From Caulobacterales bacterium (GTDB lineage Bacteria; Pseudomonadota; Alphaproteobacteria; Caulobacterales; Caulobacteraceae), in NCBI GenBank assembly GCA_038234475.1, contig JBBQTX010000001.1, positions 1-51,137 on the forward strand: DNA of 51,137 bases, written 5' to 3'. This document shows, one piece after another, positions 31,601 to 39,530 of the stretch (its first letter is position 1; every line of letters begins with the position of its first letter). A model generated the notes under the pieces. It did no database searches. It had not been told where the DNA came from and saw nothing but the letters and a program-made list of their open reading frames with translations. The translations under genes and the position numbers were made by a program.

Positions 31601-32580
31601 CCTGCATGGCCTTGCCGACCAACCAGCCCATCGCGCCGACCCGCAATACCGAGGCGATGCGAACTATGAACCAGGAGCAGGCCTTCCACCCGCTCTACAG
31701 CTACGCCGTCGTCACGGACGCGCGGGATGGACTGATCCTGGTGAATGTCGACACCCTGGCCGACGGCGATCCGCGCAACAATAACCTGCGCCGGGCAGCG
31801 ACCTGGAATCCCGGCGGCGTGCTGAACGGCGCGCGACACATCACCCTTGCCGGACACATCGCCTATATCGCCGCGAGCGCGGGTCTGGTGGTGGTCGATC
31901 TGAACGACCCGCTGCGTCCCAAGCACGTCAAGACGGTTCCGCTGGACGATGTCCGGGCCACGGCCATGCAGTTCCGCTATCTGTTCGTCACCGACGCCCA
32001 GGGCCTGCGCGTACTGGACGTGACCAGGCTGGACGATCCCCGCGTCATTGAGGGCGCGGTCGTGCCGTTCGCCGACGCGCGCCGGGTCTATGTGGCGCGG
32101 ACCTATGCCTATGTCGCGGCCAAGGGCGAGGGACTGGTCATCGTCGATGTGATCAACCCACGCAGCCCGCGTCTGCACCAGCGGGTCACGTTCGACGGGA
32201 CGCTGAACGACGCCGAGGACGTGGTCGTGGCCTCGACCAATGCCTCTCTGTTCGCCTATGTCGCCGACGGTCGCAACGGACTGAAGGTGCTGCAGCTGAC
32301 CAGCCCGGCCAGTCAGCGGAATTTCTACGGCTTCTCGCCCGAGCCCCGGCCCGAACTGATCGCCTGGGCGCGGACGCCATCGCCGGCGCTGGCCCTGTCC
32401 AAGGGCCTGGACCGTGACCGGGCCGTGGACGAGACCGGCTCCCAGATGGCCGTGTTCGGGCGGCTGGGATCACGCCCGTTCAATCGCGGCGAAATGGAGC
32501 GGCTGTTCCTCGACTATCGCGGCGAGGTCTACCGGGTCACCGACCGACCGAACATGGACGACTGGCTGGCGGCCCGCTGA
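28666..32580 (+). CDS. Large exported decaheme cytochrome c with C-terminal LVIVD-repeat beta-propeller
   Basis: Sec signal; 10 CxxCH (CISCH, CVDCH, CGSCH, CSSCH, CMNCH, CADCH, CKDCH, CYTCH, CGGCH, CSDCH); repeats such as YAYVAAKGEGLVIVDV, YLFVTDAQGLRVLDV and FAYVADGRNGLKVL. Confidence 0.88.
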   Translation: MKDRAGKRLAIRVMGLLMLALAWPMSGVADDYEVPVARQYVATPAAPRGQTPDQAAAKSAGCISCHSPVDAPSMHASPAVVLGCVDCHGGDASAAAPTGFGKGTPEYTAVRDRAHVLPRYPKSWHFPSSANPERTYTLLNREAPEFIRFVNPGDYRVARQACGSCHIDLIEKAERSLMATGAMFFGGASYNNGILPFKNYIIGEAYTPDGQPARLLSPGFPPGTVTEMEAARGAIGTLYPIPTWQVTPPGDIFRVFERGGRNIATQFPEVGLPSPTGQIQRLEEPGRPDFRQSSRGPGTGLRIAVPILNIHKTRLNDPYTWFMGTNDQPGDYRSSGCSSCHVVYANDREPRHSLGYSQHGRDGQTATVDPTIDREESGHPIRHAFTRAIPTSQCMNCHMHQPNMFLNSYLGYTMWDYESDAPTMWPEQQRYPTAAEMREVLDRNPEGAAPRGNWADLDFLRAVNDLNPTLQDTQFADYHGHGWNFRGVFKRDREGNLLDADGGVVSPDDPERWRREGEGQFVPPGTNPGKTVHMMDIHAEKGLQCADCHFSQDNHGSGLIRGVVAAAVEIDCKDCHGSSRAYPTLRTSGPAAPPEGTDLSLLRNADGQRRFEWIERDNRRVLIQRSIVDPTLEWEVDLVRDSVDRSSPEFNPAAARAKLMSRSRAGQQAFSWGPGVETTDLAHNDDEMACYTCHTSWTPSCGGCHLPVEANWQAKSHRAEGGTTRNYATYNPQVARDDMFQLGRHQTTRGGVIAPVRSSSALILSSTNINRERIYVQQPPISSVGFSSQAFAPHFPHTVRRTETKTCSDCHVSEKEDNNAIMAQLLTLGTNSVNFIGMHAWLGLEGGIEAVRVTEWDEPQAVFGSYLQRYAYPDFFAQHVERNGRELVNWTRGEAFDLEAGGSGDTRSVEEIANTVQRTGGQARCLQLRGEYMFVAEGRGGFRVYDVASIGNKGVSDRIITAPFSPLGNDTHVASSNATCMALPTNQPIAPTRNTEAMRTMNQEQAFHPLYSYAVVTDARDGLILVNVDTLADGDPRNNNLRRAATWNPGGVLNGARHITLAGHIAYIAASAGLVVVDLNDPLRPKHVKTVPLDDVRATAMQFRYLFVTDAQGLRVLDVTRLDDPRVIEGAVVPFADARRVYVARTYAYVAAKGEGLVIVDVINPRSPRLHQRVTFDGTLNDAEDVVVASTNASLFAYVADGRNGLKVLQLTSPASQRNFYGFSPEPRPELIAWARTPSPALALSKGLDRDRAVDETGSQMAVFGRLGSRPFNRGEMERLFLDYRGEVYRVTDRPNMDDWLAAR

Positions 32581-32582
32581 CT

Positions 32583-33455
32583 TCAGTGCGACGGCGGAAG
32601 CACGCCCCGTTCCTCGGCCAGGTGACGCATGAACCGCTGCATCTTGGCGGTGTATCTGGCCAGCACCTTGTGCTTCAGCTGCTCATCGGCGTCGGTATAG
32701 TGGCTGACCAGGGTCTTTCCGTTCCAGCGATGCACGCCAAAGGCGGGAGGACCGGCGACGATCATCGGGCGGCCGTCCGGATGGTCGAGATCCATGGTGC
32801 CGAGGTCCAGCGAGACCTGGGGCTGGGTTGAGGGGCAGACGCGGACGGTGGTTCCCGCAAAGGTCGAAACGATCTGGCGGTGCACGTGGCCGCAGATCAA
32901 GCCAACGATGTTGGCATGGTTCGACAGCACCTCCGCGAGACGTTTCGACCAGGCTTCGTCGGGACCGATGTTCATCCATTCGATGCCGGTGTCGAACGGT
33001 GGGTGGTGCAGGGCGATCAGGGTGGGACGGTCCGGGGCCTCGGCCAGCCGCGCCGCCAGCCACGCCGCGCGGACGTCGCAGAAGCCGCCGCCGTGCCGCC
33101 CGTTCTCAAGGGTGTCCAGCGCCAGAATACGCAGAGGGAACTCTTCGATCGCATAGTGGATGAAGCCGTCGGCGACCGGCGTCCCGGGGAAGATCTGCAG
33201 GAACGCGTCGCGCTTGTCGTGATTGCCCATCAGGCAAAAGACCGGCATCGGCAGGCGAGAAAAATAGCGTTTCAGTCGCCTGTAGGATGGCAGGTCTCCA
33301 TGGTCCGACAGATCACCCGTGGCGAGGACGATGTCGGGGAGAGGGTTCAGGGCTTTGACCGCCTCGATGGTCCGGCGCAGTCGACGGGCATTGTCCTCGA
33401 AGCCCCCACCCTTGCTGAAGCCGAGGTGTAGGTCGGTGATCTGGGCGATCAACAT
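32583..33455 (-). CDS. Calcineurin-like metallophosphoesterase, CpdA/Icc-type cyclic-nucleotide phosphodiesterase
   Basis: TDLH, TGDLS, GNHD, LHHPP and CGHVH motifs; GGAG RBS before ATG 33455, 1 nt after the cyclase stop. Confidence 0.88.
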   Translation of the reverse strand: MLIAQITDLHLGFSKGGGFEDNARRLRRTIEAVKALNPLPDIVLATGDLSDHGDLPSYRRLKRYFSRLPMPVFCLMGNHDKRDAFLQIFPGTPVADGFIHYAIEEFPLRILALDTLENGRHGGGFCDVRAAWLAARLAEAPDRPTLIALHHPPFDTGIEWMNIGPDEAWSKRLAEVLSNHANIVGLICGHVHRQIVSTFAGTTVRVCPSTQPQVSLDLGTMDLDHPDGRPMIVAGPPAFGVHRWNGKTLVSHYTDADEQLKHKVLARYTAKMQRFMRHLAEERGVLPPSH

Positions 33456-33456
33456 C

Positions 33457-35748
33457 TCACTTCTCCGTGGCTGAATGGACCCCGTCCCAGTTCTCGGGTG
33501 GAGGGTCCAACCGATAGTCAGCGACCCGTTTCGCATAAAGCGCGACCGTGCCGGCCAGTCCTTGCAGGGTCTCGTCATGGCCAAGAGCATCCAACTCGGC
33601 CTGGGCGGCGTCCCAATGCGCGGCGCGATAGGCGGTCATCATCCGCTCCATACCACTGCGCAAGTCCATGAAGGCCGGGGTCGAGGCCATGTCTGGCGAT
33701 CCCAGCAAGGCAAACACATGCTCCGGAGCTTCGCGGCCGACCACCCGCACGCGATCCACCTCGATCAGGGCGAAGTCCGGCAGGCGTTGGGCCATGGTTT
33801 CCCCGATCAGGATCTTCACGCCATAGAATTTGGTCAGCCCCTCCAGGCGCGAGGCCAAGTTCACGGTGTCGCCGATGAGCGAATAACTCAGGCGTTGACG
33901 CGAGCCCATATTGCCGACGCAGCAGGGGCCGGTGTTCAGGCCGATGCCGATGGCGACCTCTCCCGGCCAGGCGCTGTCGGAGGTGCGGGCCGCGTCGGCG
34001 TTCAGGCGATTGAGCGTATCGATCATCTCCAGAGCCGCCAGGGCCGCATTCCGCTCGTGATCCGGGTCATCGAGCGGCGCATTCCAGAACGCCAGCACCG
34101 CGTCGCCGATGTATTTGTCGATCGTCGCCTTGCGGGCCAGCAGGACGTCGGTCATCGGCGTCAGCAGATTGATCAGAAAGCCGATCAACTCCTGCGGTCC
34201 GTAGCGCTCGGAGATTCGCGAGAAGCCGCGCACGTCGCTGAACAGGACGGTCATCTGCCGGACTTCACCGCCCAGTTCGAGCTGTCCGGGGTCACGGGCG
34301 ATGCGGTCGACCAGTTCGGGCGACAGATAGCGGTCGAAGGCATTGTGGATGTGGCTGCGCGCGCGCTCCTCGCGATAGAAGGACACGCCGGTGATCCCGA
34401 TATAGACCGCCACCACGCCCAGAGCCGGAAAGGTCGGCTCCAGAAGGATGCCGCCATTGCGAAAGGCGAACCACGAGCCGGCGATCACGCCGGCCAGGGC
34501 CAGCAAGGCCAGCAGGCCGCTACGCAAAGCGCCCAGACCCGGTGCCGACAGGGCGATCACCAGACCCAGTACAACCAGCAGAATTCGCTCCGCGCCGAGA
34601 GCCCAGTCGGGCCGGATCAGAAACTTGCCCAGGATCATCTGTTCGGCAGCTTGGGCGTGAACCACCACGCCCAGTTCCTTTTCACGAATGGGCGTCGATA
34701 CGAGGTCTCGAAGCCCCTGCGCACCGGCGCCGACGAAGACGATGTGGCCTTCAAACAAGGCCTGCATTTCCGCTTCGGACAGGTCGCCTTCGAGGATGCG
34801 CCAGGCGGGGACGATCCGTTCCGGATGGTCGGCGGTGTAGTGCATCCAGAGTTCGCCGTTGTAGGTTGTCGGTGCCTCAAGCGCGCCGACCTTCACCGCG
34901 ACGACGCTGGGTATTTCGCCGGCACCGAGTTCGCCGCTGCCGTCGCTGCTCCGGACCAGGATCGCACCGGCCCCCTGGGCGACGCGGAGGGTTTCAAGCG
35001 AGAGCGAGGGGACGATATGGCCGTCGATGTTCGACAGCATGGGAGCGGAACGGATGATGCCGTCGCGATCACCCAGAATGCTCACGAAGCCGGCGCCTGA
35101 CGCTCGAGTTCCGATTACCGGCAGCGGGGCGATAGCGCCGTAGAAGATCGGCAGGGCGTCCAGCGGCGGCGTGCCCGAAACGGCGACGCCCGCATGTTCG
35201 ACGGCCCGGACCTGGTTGACTTCGTTGGTCAGGAAGAAGCCAGTCACGGTGGGCGCGCGGCCCATGGCCTGACCGAGAAGTTCGTCGTGATCGGTCAGGG
35301 ACGCGATCTCGGAATAGTCGCCCCGGGCCGCGGGGTTCTGGCGCAGGATTTCGACCGCCCGGGCAGGGGATGTCCGGTCCGGCTCGGAGAAGACGATATC
35401 GAACGCGATGGCGGCGACACCGGCCTCACCCAACCGATCCGTCAGCCGCGCCACATCGGTCCGGGGCCAGGGCCATTGCCCCAGACGCCGAATGGTCTCG
35501 TCGTCGATGTCGACAATCCGGACGGCGGCATCCTGGTAGGGCCTCGGATAGGCCTGTTGGTAGCCGTCGAAGACCAGATTGCTGACGCGGGCCAGGAATG
35601 GCGGTTGAAACAGGTGGAGGATGAGCAGGAGCAGGACGACGGTCACACCCGGTCCGGCGGTTGTTATATAGCGGGTGAGCGAAAGGCTGGAGCGCGCGAG
35701 GCGCGAGCCCATCCGTCTGAATCGCCCTGTTTCAGGCTCCGCCCCCAT
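33457..35748 (-). CDS. CHASE2-domain membrane class III adenylate cyclase
   Basis: IVDIDD..LGQWPWPR, FDIVFSEPDR and DGIIR (CHASE2); three TM helices; FSDVRGFS, DKYIGDA and YSLIGDTVNLASRLE catalytic motifs. Confidence 0.92.
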   Translation of the reverse strand: MGAEPETGRFRRMGSRLARSSLSLTRYITTAGPGVTVVLLLLILHLFQPPFLARVSNLVFDGYQQAYPRPYQDAAVRIVDIDDETIRRLGQWPWPRTDVARLTDRLGEAGVAAIAFDIVFSEPDRTSPARAVEILRQNPAARGDYSEIASLTDHDELLGQAMGRAPTVTGFFLTNEVNQVRAVEHAGVAVSGTPPLDALPIFYGAIAPLPVIGTRASGAGFVSILGDRDGIIRSAPMLSNIDGHIVPSLSLETLRVAQGAGAILVRSSDGSGELGAGEIPSVVAVKVGALEAPTTYNGELWMHYTADHPERIVPAWRILEGDLSEAEMQALFEGHIVFVGAGAQGLRDLVSTPIREKELGVVVHAQAAEQMILGKFLIRPDWALGAERILLVVLGLVIALSAPGLGALRSGLLALLALAGVIAGSWFAFRNGGILLEPTFPALGVVAVYIGITGVSFYREERARSHIHNAFDRYLSPELVDRIARDPGQLELGGEVRQMTVLFSDVRGFSRISERYGPQELIGFLINLLTPMTDVLLARKATIDKYIGDAVLAFWNAPLDDPDHERNAALAALEMIDTLNRLNADAARTSDSAWPGEVAIGIGLNTGPCCVGNMGSRQRLSYSLIGDTVNLASRLEGLTKFYGVKILIGETMAQRLPDFALIEVDRVRVVGREAPEHVFALLGSPDMASTPAFMDLRSGMERMMTAYRAAHWDAAQAELDALGHDETLQGLAGTVALYAKRVADYRLDPPPENWDGVHSATEK

Positions 35749-35878
35749 CGCCCCCGTCTCGTTCCCTTGTCCCCGGATGACTTTAGCATAGGCGCTTTCG
35801 ATTGAACGGTGTTAGTTTGGATATCGATCCAGGCGAGTCAGGCGTCGTGTGGACTGTTGAGATAGTCGGGGGACACAC

Positions 35879-37225
35879 ATGAATCGTCATTCGCACGGCA
35901 ATGTCCGGGTCCGGGCTCTTCGGGCCACCCTTCTTGCGACGGTCGTCGGCCTGTTCGGCGGCGTAGCCTTGCCGGCGGCGGCGCAGGATTTCGAGGCGGT
36001 TCTGGCCGCGCCGGACGATCCCGATGTCAACCTGGCCTTCGCGCGAAACGCCGTGGGCGAGGGCGACCTGCTTGGTGCCGCAGCCGCGTTGGAGCGGGTG
36101 TTGATCGCCGATCCCAACCGCCACGGCGCGCGCCTCCTTTACGCCGTCGTCCTGTACCGGCTTGAGGATCTGCAGGGCGCGCGCGACCAACTGGATCTGC
36201 TGGAACCCGTCACCCTGACTCCGTTGCAGCGCGCGGAGGCAACGAAATATCGCGAGAAGATCGCCCGTGGTCGCTCAACGACCCGCGTCGGGGGCAGCCT
36301 TTCGGTCGCCGTGACCTACGAGGAAGACGCGGCCGGAGCCCTGTCGACCCAGTTCGACCCGATACTGGCGCCGGCGTTGGACGAGGAGGGATCGTCCACT
36401 GTGATCTCGGCGCGGCTCAATGTTGCCCACGACCTCGCCGGTGCTCCGGGGCATTCGATTTACGGCGGTGTCGGTGCCTCCGACAAGTCGACGTTCGATG
36501 GCGCCGACGGTGACATCCGTCGCGGCGAGGCCGAACTCGGCTTTTCCTATCTGGGGCGTCTGAACGGCTGGAACGCCGGTGTCGTGGTGCGAGCCATCGA
36601 GTTGCTCGACGAGCCGTATCTCGTGGAAACAGGGGTTCGCGGCCAGGCCAGCTGGCGGCTGACCAACGCAACCACCCTTTCGCTTTCCGGTGAAGCCGTG
36701 AACCAGGCCTTCGACGAACCGGCCGTTGACGCGGCCGCTGCCCTGTTGCTGATCGATGGCGACCGTGACGGCTGGCGCTATGACGTCAAGCTGGGGATCA
36801 GCCACCGCATAAGCGGTCGGTCCAGTGTCGGCGTGTCGCTCGGCTGGCAGGACAAGCAGGCAGACTACGAACCCTTCGGCTATTCGGGCCCCGGGGTGCA
36901 GGCCTATTTCGACACCAGCACCCGCCGGGGACAGTATCTGACGCTCGCGGCGGGGACCCAGTTCCTGAAATATGACGCACCCGATCCGTTCTTCCTCGGC
37001 TTCGGCTCATCGACGCGGGAAGACGTACGTAGCTGGGCGCGACTGGCGGTCGGTGCACCCCTCAGCGCCTTTACCCAGGCCGGCGGCACGGGCGACTGGC
37101 GGGAAGACCTTAACGTCGAGGCCGCCGTGACTTACGGCAGTCGCGAATCCGAGGCCCCGTTGGCCGATTATGACAGCTGGGGCGCGGAACTGCGTCTGGC
37201 GTGGCGCTTCGGCGGCGCAAACTAG
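35879..37225 (+). CDS. TPR-repeat / outer-membrane beta-barrel protein (DUF560/Slam-like architecture)
   Basis: Signal peptide; TPR-like AAAALERVLIADP..ARL.YA; amphipathic strands ending LRLAWRF. Confidence 0.65.
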   Translation: MNRHSHGNVRVRALRATLLATVVGLFGGVALPAAAQDFEAVLAAPDDPDVNLAFARNAVGEGDLLGAAAALERVLIADPNRHGARLLYAVVLYRLEDLQGARDQLDLLEPVTLTPLQRAEATKYREKIARGRSTTRVGGSLSVAVTYEEDAAGALSTQFDPILAPALDEEGSSTVISARLNVAHDLAGAPGHSIYGGVGASDKSTFDGADGDIRRGEAELGFSYLGRLNGWNAGVVVRAIELLDEPYLVETGVRGQASWRLTNATTLSLSGEAVNQAFDEPAVDAAAALLLIDGDRDGWRYDVKLGISHRISGRSSVGVSLGWQDKQADYEPFGYSGPGVQAYFDTSTRRGQYLTLAAGTQFLKYDAPDPFFLGFGSSTREDVRSWARLAVGAPLSAFTQAGGTGDWREDLNVEAAVTYGSRESEAPLADYDSWGAELRLAWRFGGAN

Positions 37226-37235
37226 GAGAATGGAA

Positions 37236-38153
37236 ATGACCCTGATCCGCACAGTCGCCGCCGTTGTCGCTCTCACCGCCGGCACGGTCGCGACGTCAAC
37301 CCAAGCCCAGGACTCCGTGGGCGTGAACGCCGCCCTCCGCAACTCGGTCCGCACCCAGCCGGCCGGAGAAGCGGCGCTCAGGCCCGCGGCCTTGCGCGCC
37401 GATGTTCGGATCGGCGACGCCATCGTCACCGGCGCGCAGAGCCAGTTGCAGGTTCTGCTGCGCGATCGCACGGTGTTCACGGTCGGCTCGAATGCGCGCG
37501 TCACGATCGACCGCTTCGTGTTCGACGCCCGACGGAGCGCCGGCGGTGCGTCGGCTTCGGTGGCGCGCGGTGCCTTCCGCTTCGCTTCGGGTCGGGGCGG
37601 AGCTCGGCAAGACGCCGTCCGCACGCCCGTCGCCTCCATCGGCGTGCGTGGCACTATCGTGGAGACGGTGGTCGGCCCGGACGCCTTGGCCGTGCTGGGC
37701 GACCAGCCGGGTATGCCGCCCTTCACCGGTTCGCCGGACGACGCCACCCTGATCGTGCTGAGAGGTCCCGGGCCCCGGGGTTCCGGTCTGGACACACCGG
37801 GCGCGGTTGACGTCACGGGCGACGGCGCGACCCACGTCCTGGAACGCCCCGGGATGTCGATGTTCGTCTGGCAGGGCGGCGCTTTCGGTCCGTTCCAGCT
37901 ATCCGACGAAGCGTCGCTCCGCTTGAACTCCCTGTTGCGGGGGGCACCGACGGCGAACACGGATTCCGGTCCGGCCGACGTCCTGTCCGCCGGCGTGGAT
38001 TCGGGCGATGCAGCCTATTTCGGCGAGGGCGGTGCGGGCGATCCGGCGCAGACCGTCGAACCGACCCTGGACTGCAAGATCGGCCTCCCGCAGGATCCGA
38101 TCCAGTCCCCAAGCGGTCCAATCAGTCAATCCTGCGGGGCGCGTCCCTTCTGA
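37236..38153 (+). CDS. Exported FecR-domain protein
   Basis: Signal peptide; GDAIVTG, D.TVFTVGSNA, IDRFVFD, GAFRF and RTPVASIGVRGT; AGGAG RBS. Confidence 0.82.
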   Translation: MTLIRTVAAVVALTAGTVATSTQAQDSVGVNAALRNSVRTQPAGEAALRPAALRADVRIGDAIVTGAQSQLQVLLRDRTVFTVGSNARVTIDRFVFDARRSAGGASASVARGAFRFASGRGGARQDAVRTPVASIGVRGTIVETVVGPDALAVLGDQPGMPPFTGSPDDATLIVLRGPGPRGSGLDTPGAVDVTGDGATHVLERPGMSMFVWQGGAFGPFQLSDEASLRLNSLLRGAPTANTDSGPADVLSAGVDSGDAAYFGEGGAGDPAQTVEPTLDCKIGLPQDPIQSPSGPISQSCGARPF

Positions 38154-38171
38154 CAAACGGAGGAGGGCCTG

Positions 38172-39530
38172 ATGGCCGTAGCCGACCACGTCGATCTTCC
38201 GCGCTTTATTGACGGTGTGCGCAAGCGCAATCCCGGTCAGGACGAGTTCGTCCAGGCCGTTCAGGAAGTCGCCGAGGACATCTTCGACTTCATCCGGGAC
38301 AAGGAAGAGTACCACCACTACCAGATCCTGCGGCGCATCGCCGAGCCGGATCGGGTGATCAGCTTCCGGGTCTGCTGGGAGGACGACAAGGGCAATATCC
38401 GCGTCCAGCGCGGCTGGCGGGTGCAGAACAACAACGCCATCGGGCCCTACAAGGGCGGCATACGCTTCCACCCCAGCGTGACCGAGAGCGTGCTCAAATT
38501 CCTCGCCTTTGAACAGACCTTCAAGAACAGCCTGACCGGCCTGCCCATGGGCGGCGGCAAGGGCGGGTCGAACTTCAACCCCAAGGGCAAGTCGGATCAC
38601 GAGGTGATGCGGTTCTGCCAGTCGTTCATGACCGAGCTCTATCGCCACGTCGGCGCCGACATCGACGTGCCGGCCGGCGACATCGGGGTTGGGGGCCGCG
38701 AGATCGGCTATATGTTCGGCCAGTACAAGCGGATCACCAACCAGTTCACGGGGGTCCTGACCGGCAAGGGACTGTCCTACGGCGGCAGCCTGATCCGCAC
38801 CGAAGCGACCGGCTACGGGGCCGTGTATTTCCTCAAGGAAATGCTCGGTCACATCGGCCAGGAAGTGGCGGGCAAGACCGCCGTGATCTCGGGCTCTGGC
38901 AATGTCGCCACCCATGCGGCTGAAAAGATCGTACAACTGGGCGGCAAGGTTCTGACCCTGTCGGACTCGCACGGATTCATCCACGATCCCGACGGCATCG
39001 ACCAGGCCAGGATCGACTGGGTCAAGGCGCACAAGACCAAGCGGCGCGGCCGGATTTCAGACTATGTCACCGAGTTCCGCAGCGCGACCTACCACGAGGG
39101 CCAACGTCCCTGGGCCGTGCCCTGCGACATCGTCCTGCCCTGCGCGACCCAGAACGAGCTGAACGGGGCGGACGCCCGAACCCTGGTGGCCAACGGCTGT
39201 ATGGCGGTGTCCGAGGGGGCCAATATGCCGACCGATCTTGAAGGCGTGCACGTCTTCAAGGCCGCGGGCATCCTTTATGCGCCCGGCAAGGCGGCCAATG
39301 CCGGCGGGGTGGCCGTTTCGGGCCTGGAGATGAGCCAGAACTCCGGCCGGATCGCCTGGAAGGAAGCCGAGCTCCAGCAGCATCTGATCGACATCATGCG
39401 CGGCATTCACCAGCGCTGCGTCGAACATGGCGGTGTCGCAGGCACGTCACGCATCGACTATGTGCGCGGTGCCAATATCGCGGGCTTCAAGAAGGTCGCC
39501 GAAGCGATGCTGGCCTACGGCGTGGTCTGA
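38172..39530 (+). CDS. gdhA: NADP-specific glutamate dehydrogenase
   Basis: GPYKGGIRFHPSV, PMGGGKGG, DVPAGDIGVG, RTEATGYG, GSGNVA, EGANMP and KAANAGGV; AGGAGG RBS. Confidence 0.96.
   Translation: MAVADHVDLPRFIDGVRKRNPGQDEFVQAVQEVAEDIFDFIRDKEEYHHYQILRRIAEPDRVISFRVCWEDDKGNIRVQRGWRVQNNNAIGPYKGGIRFHPSVTESVLKFLAFEQTFKNSLTGLPMGGGKGGSNFNPKGKSDHEVMRFCQSFMTELYRHVGADIDVPAGDIGVGGREIGYMFGQYKRITNQFTGVLTGKGLSYGGSLIRTEATGYGAVYFLKEMLGHIGQEVAGKTAVISGSGNVATHAAEKIVQLGGKVLTLSDSHGFIHDPDGIDQARIDWVKAHKTKRRGRISDYVTEFRSATYHEGQRPWAVPCDIVLPCATQNELNGADARTLVANGCMAVSEGANMPTDLEGVHVFKAAGILYAPGKAANAGGVAVSGLEMSQNSGRIAWKEAELQQHLIDIMRGIHQRCVEHGGVAGTSRIDYVRGANIAGFKKVAEAMLAYGVV

Noticed and set aside
26853-32580. Calling the barrel and decaheme mtrB/mtrA or mtrC
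   Set aside because: Heme count matches, but size, heme spacing, gene order and the LVIVD propeller do not
37899-39032. 377-aa ORF antisense to gdhA
   Set aside because: Shadow ORF with no independent motifs or RBS
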